Shown here: piece by piece, positions 63,441 to 64,000 of the stretch
Layout: each line of letters begins with the position of its first letter
How positions within the stretch are numbered: position 1 is the first letter of the stretch
Virus record (IMG/VR): IMGVR_UViG_3300010403_000705
Location: 368,845 to 432,844 of that record
DNA: 64,000 nt
Strand: one strand, 5' to 3'
Notes under the pieces: generated by a model
The model's input: the letters and a program-made list of their open reading frames with translations, nothing else
Database searches by the model: none
What the model was told of the DNA's origin: nothing
Position numbers and translations under genes: made by a program

Positions 63441-64000
63441 AACCAATTAATTGGACTTGGATTGGACAAGCCGTTCAATATTATGTTGATAATGAATTTA
63501 ATTATATAGAAGCTCCTTGGATTGTACAACAATCAGCTACAGAAGTTACTTTACCACTTTTTAGGCGTGCTTTTAAAGTTAGTCATCCAGTACCAAACCT
63601 AAACCTAGGTTTTTTGGTTGGTTCAGCAGAACAAAGTTTTATTCAAATGATGATGGACGGAGATTTGTCTAAAGGTAAGTATTGCGCAGCCGGACCTTGT
63701 TTTAGAGACGAGCAAATTGCAAATGAATGGCAATTGCATTATTTTTTCAAAGTAGAATTAATAGAAGTGTCTCCGAATTCCAAAAATGTGTTTGAGGTAA
63801 TGGATTGTGCACGCCATTTTATGGAGCAGATTGGTAATTGTAATATTAGAGTAGAAAAAACAGAAGAAGGTTTTGATTTAATTTGCAAAGATATTGAATT
63901 AGGGTCTTATGGTTTTCGTACTTATGATAATTTTTCCTGGACTTATGGGACTGGTTTAGCTTTGCCAAGATTTAGTCAAATGCTAGAAGTAGTAGAATAG
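63437..64000 (+). CDS. Class II aminoacyl-tRNA synthetase catalytic-core-like protein
   Basis: GSAEQ, PCFRDE (motif 2), FFKVEL, ELGSYG, GTGLALPR (motif 3); TAG at 63998-64000. Confidence 0.7.
   Translation: MKPINWTWIGQAVQYYVDNEFNYIEAPWIVQQSATEVTLPLFRRAFKVSHPVPNLNLGFLVGSAEQSFIQMMMDGDLSKGKYCAAGPCFRDEQIANEWQLHYFFKVELIEVSPNSKNVFEVMDCARHFMEQIGNCNIRVEKTEEGFDLICKDIELGSYGFRTYDNFSWTYGTGLALPRFSQMLEVVE

Noticed and set aside
2827-63532. Other short ORFs antisense to or nested in annotated genes (e.g. 2827..3021, 10149..10370, 21925..22125, 26434..26616, 58804..59058)
   Set aside because: Fully overlap better-supported genes and show no motifs
1-64000. Stop-codon reassignment (as in some huge phages)
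   Set aside because: Long conserved genes are intact in code 11, TAG and TGA both end genes at expected positions, and no CTA/TCA suppressor tRNA was found
1-64000. CRISPR array, rRNA, transposase, integrase
   Set aside because: No regularly spaced repeats or diagnostic motifs seen; the short repeats at 13920 and 41638-41703 are intragenic

Overview
An AT-rich, densely packed, almost entirely + strand window that reads as part of a jumbo/huge phage genome using the standard genetic code. It encodes many translation and RNA-handling functions: class II LysRS, GluRS, EF-G, a TrmH/SpoU methyltransferase, a stand-alone ValRS C-terminal arm, a class II aaRS-like core, RNase HII, Ro60/TROVE, an RNA ligase-like protein, a CYTH protein and two R2K-type ATP-grasp proteins. 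It also encodes ADP-ribose reversal enzymes (TIGR02452 PARG-like, DraG-like, two NUDIX), two paralogous DNA adenine methylases, an RNase P RNA and 24 recognisable tRNA genes, mostly in an array at 32.3-39.0 kb. Three features stand out. (i) About 10 tRNA-shell RNAs keep the acceptor stem and T-arm (most also a D-arm, several a CCA) but have the anticodon/variable region replaced by other structures: a kissing-loop pair, a pseudoknotted ~190-nt insert and a nested second T-arm. Further non-tRNA structured RNAs lie between them. (ii) 17 small, mostly unrelated proteins end in a shared basic-hydrophobic-F-x-stop motif. (iii) A hairpin RNA displays an anti-Shine-Dalgarno loop. All calls are by eye from motifs and base-pairing; no searches were run.
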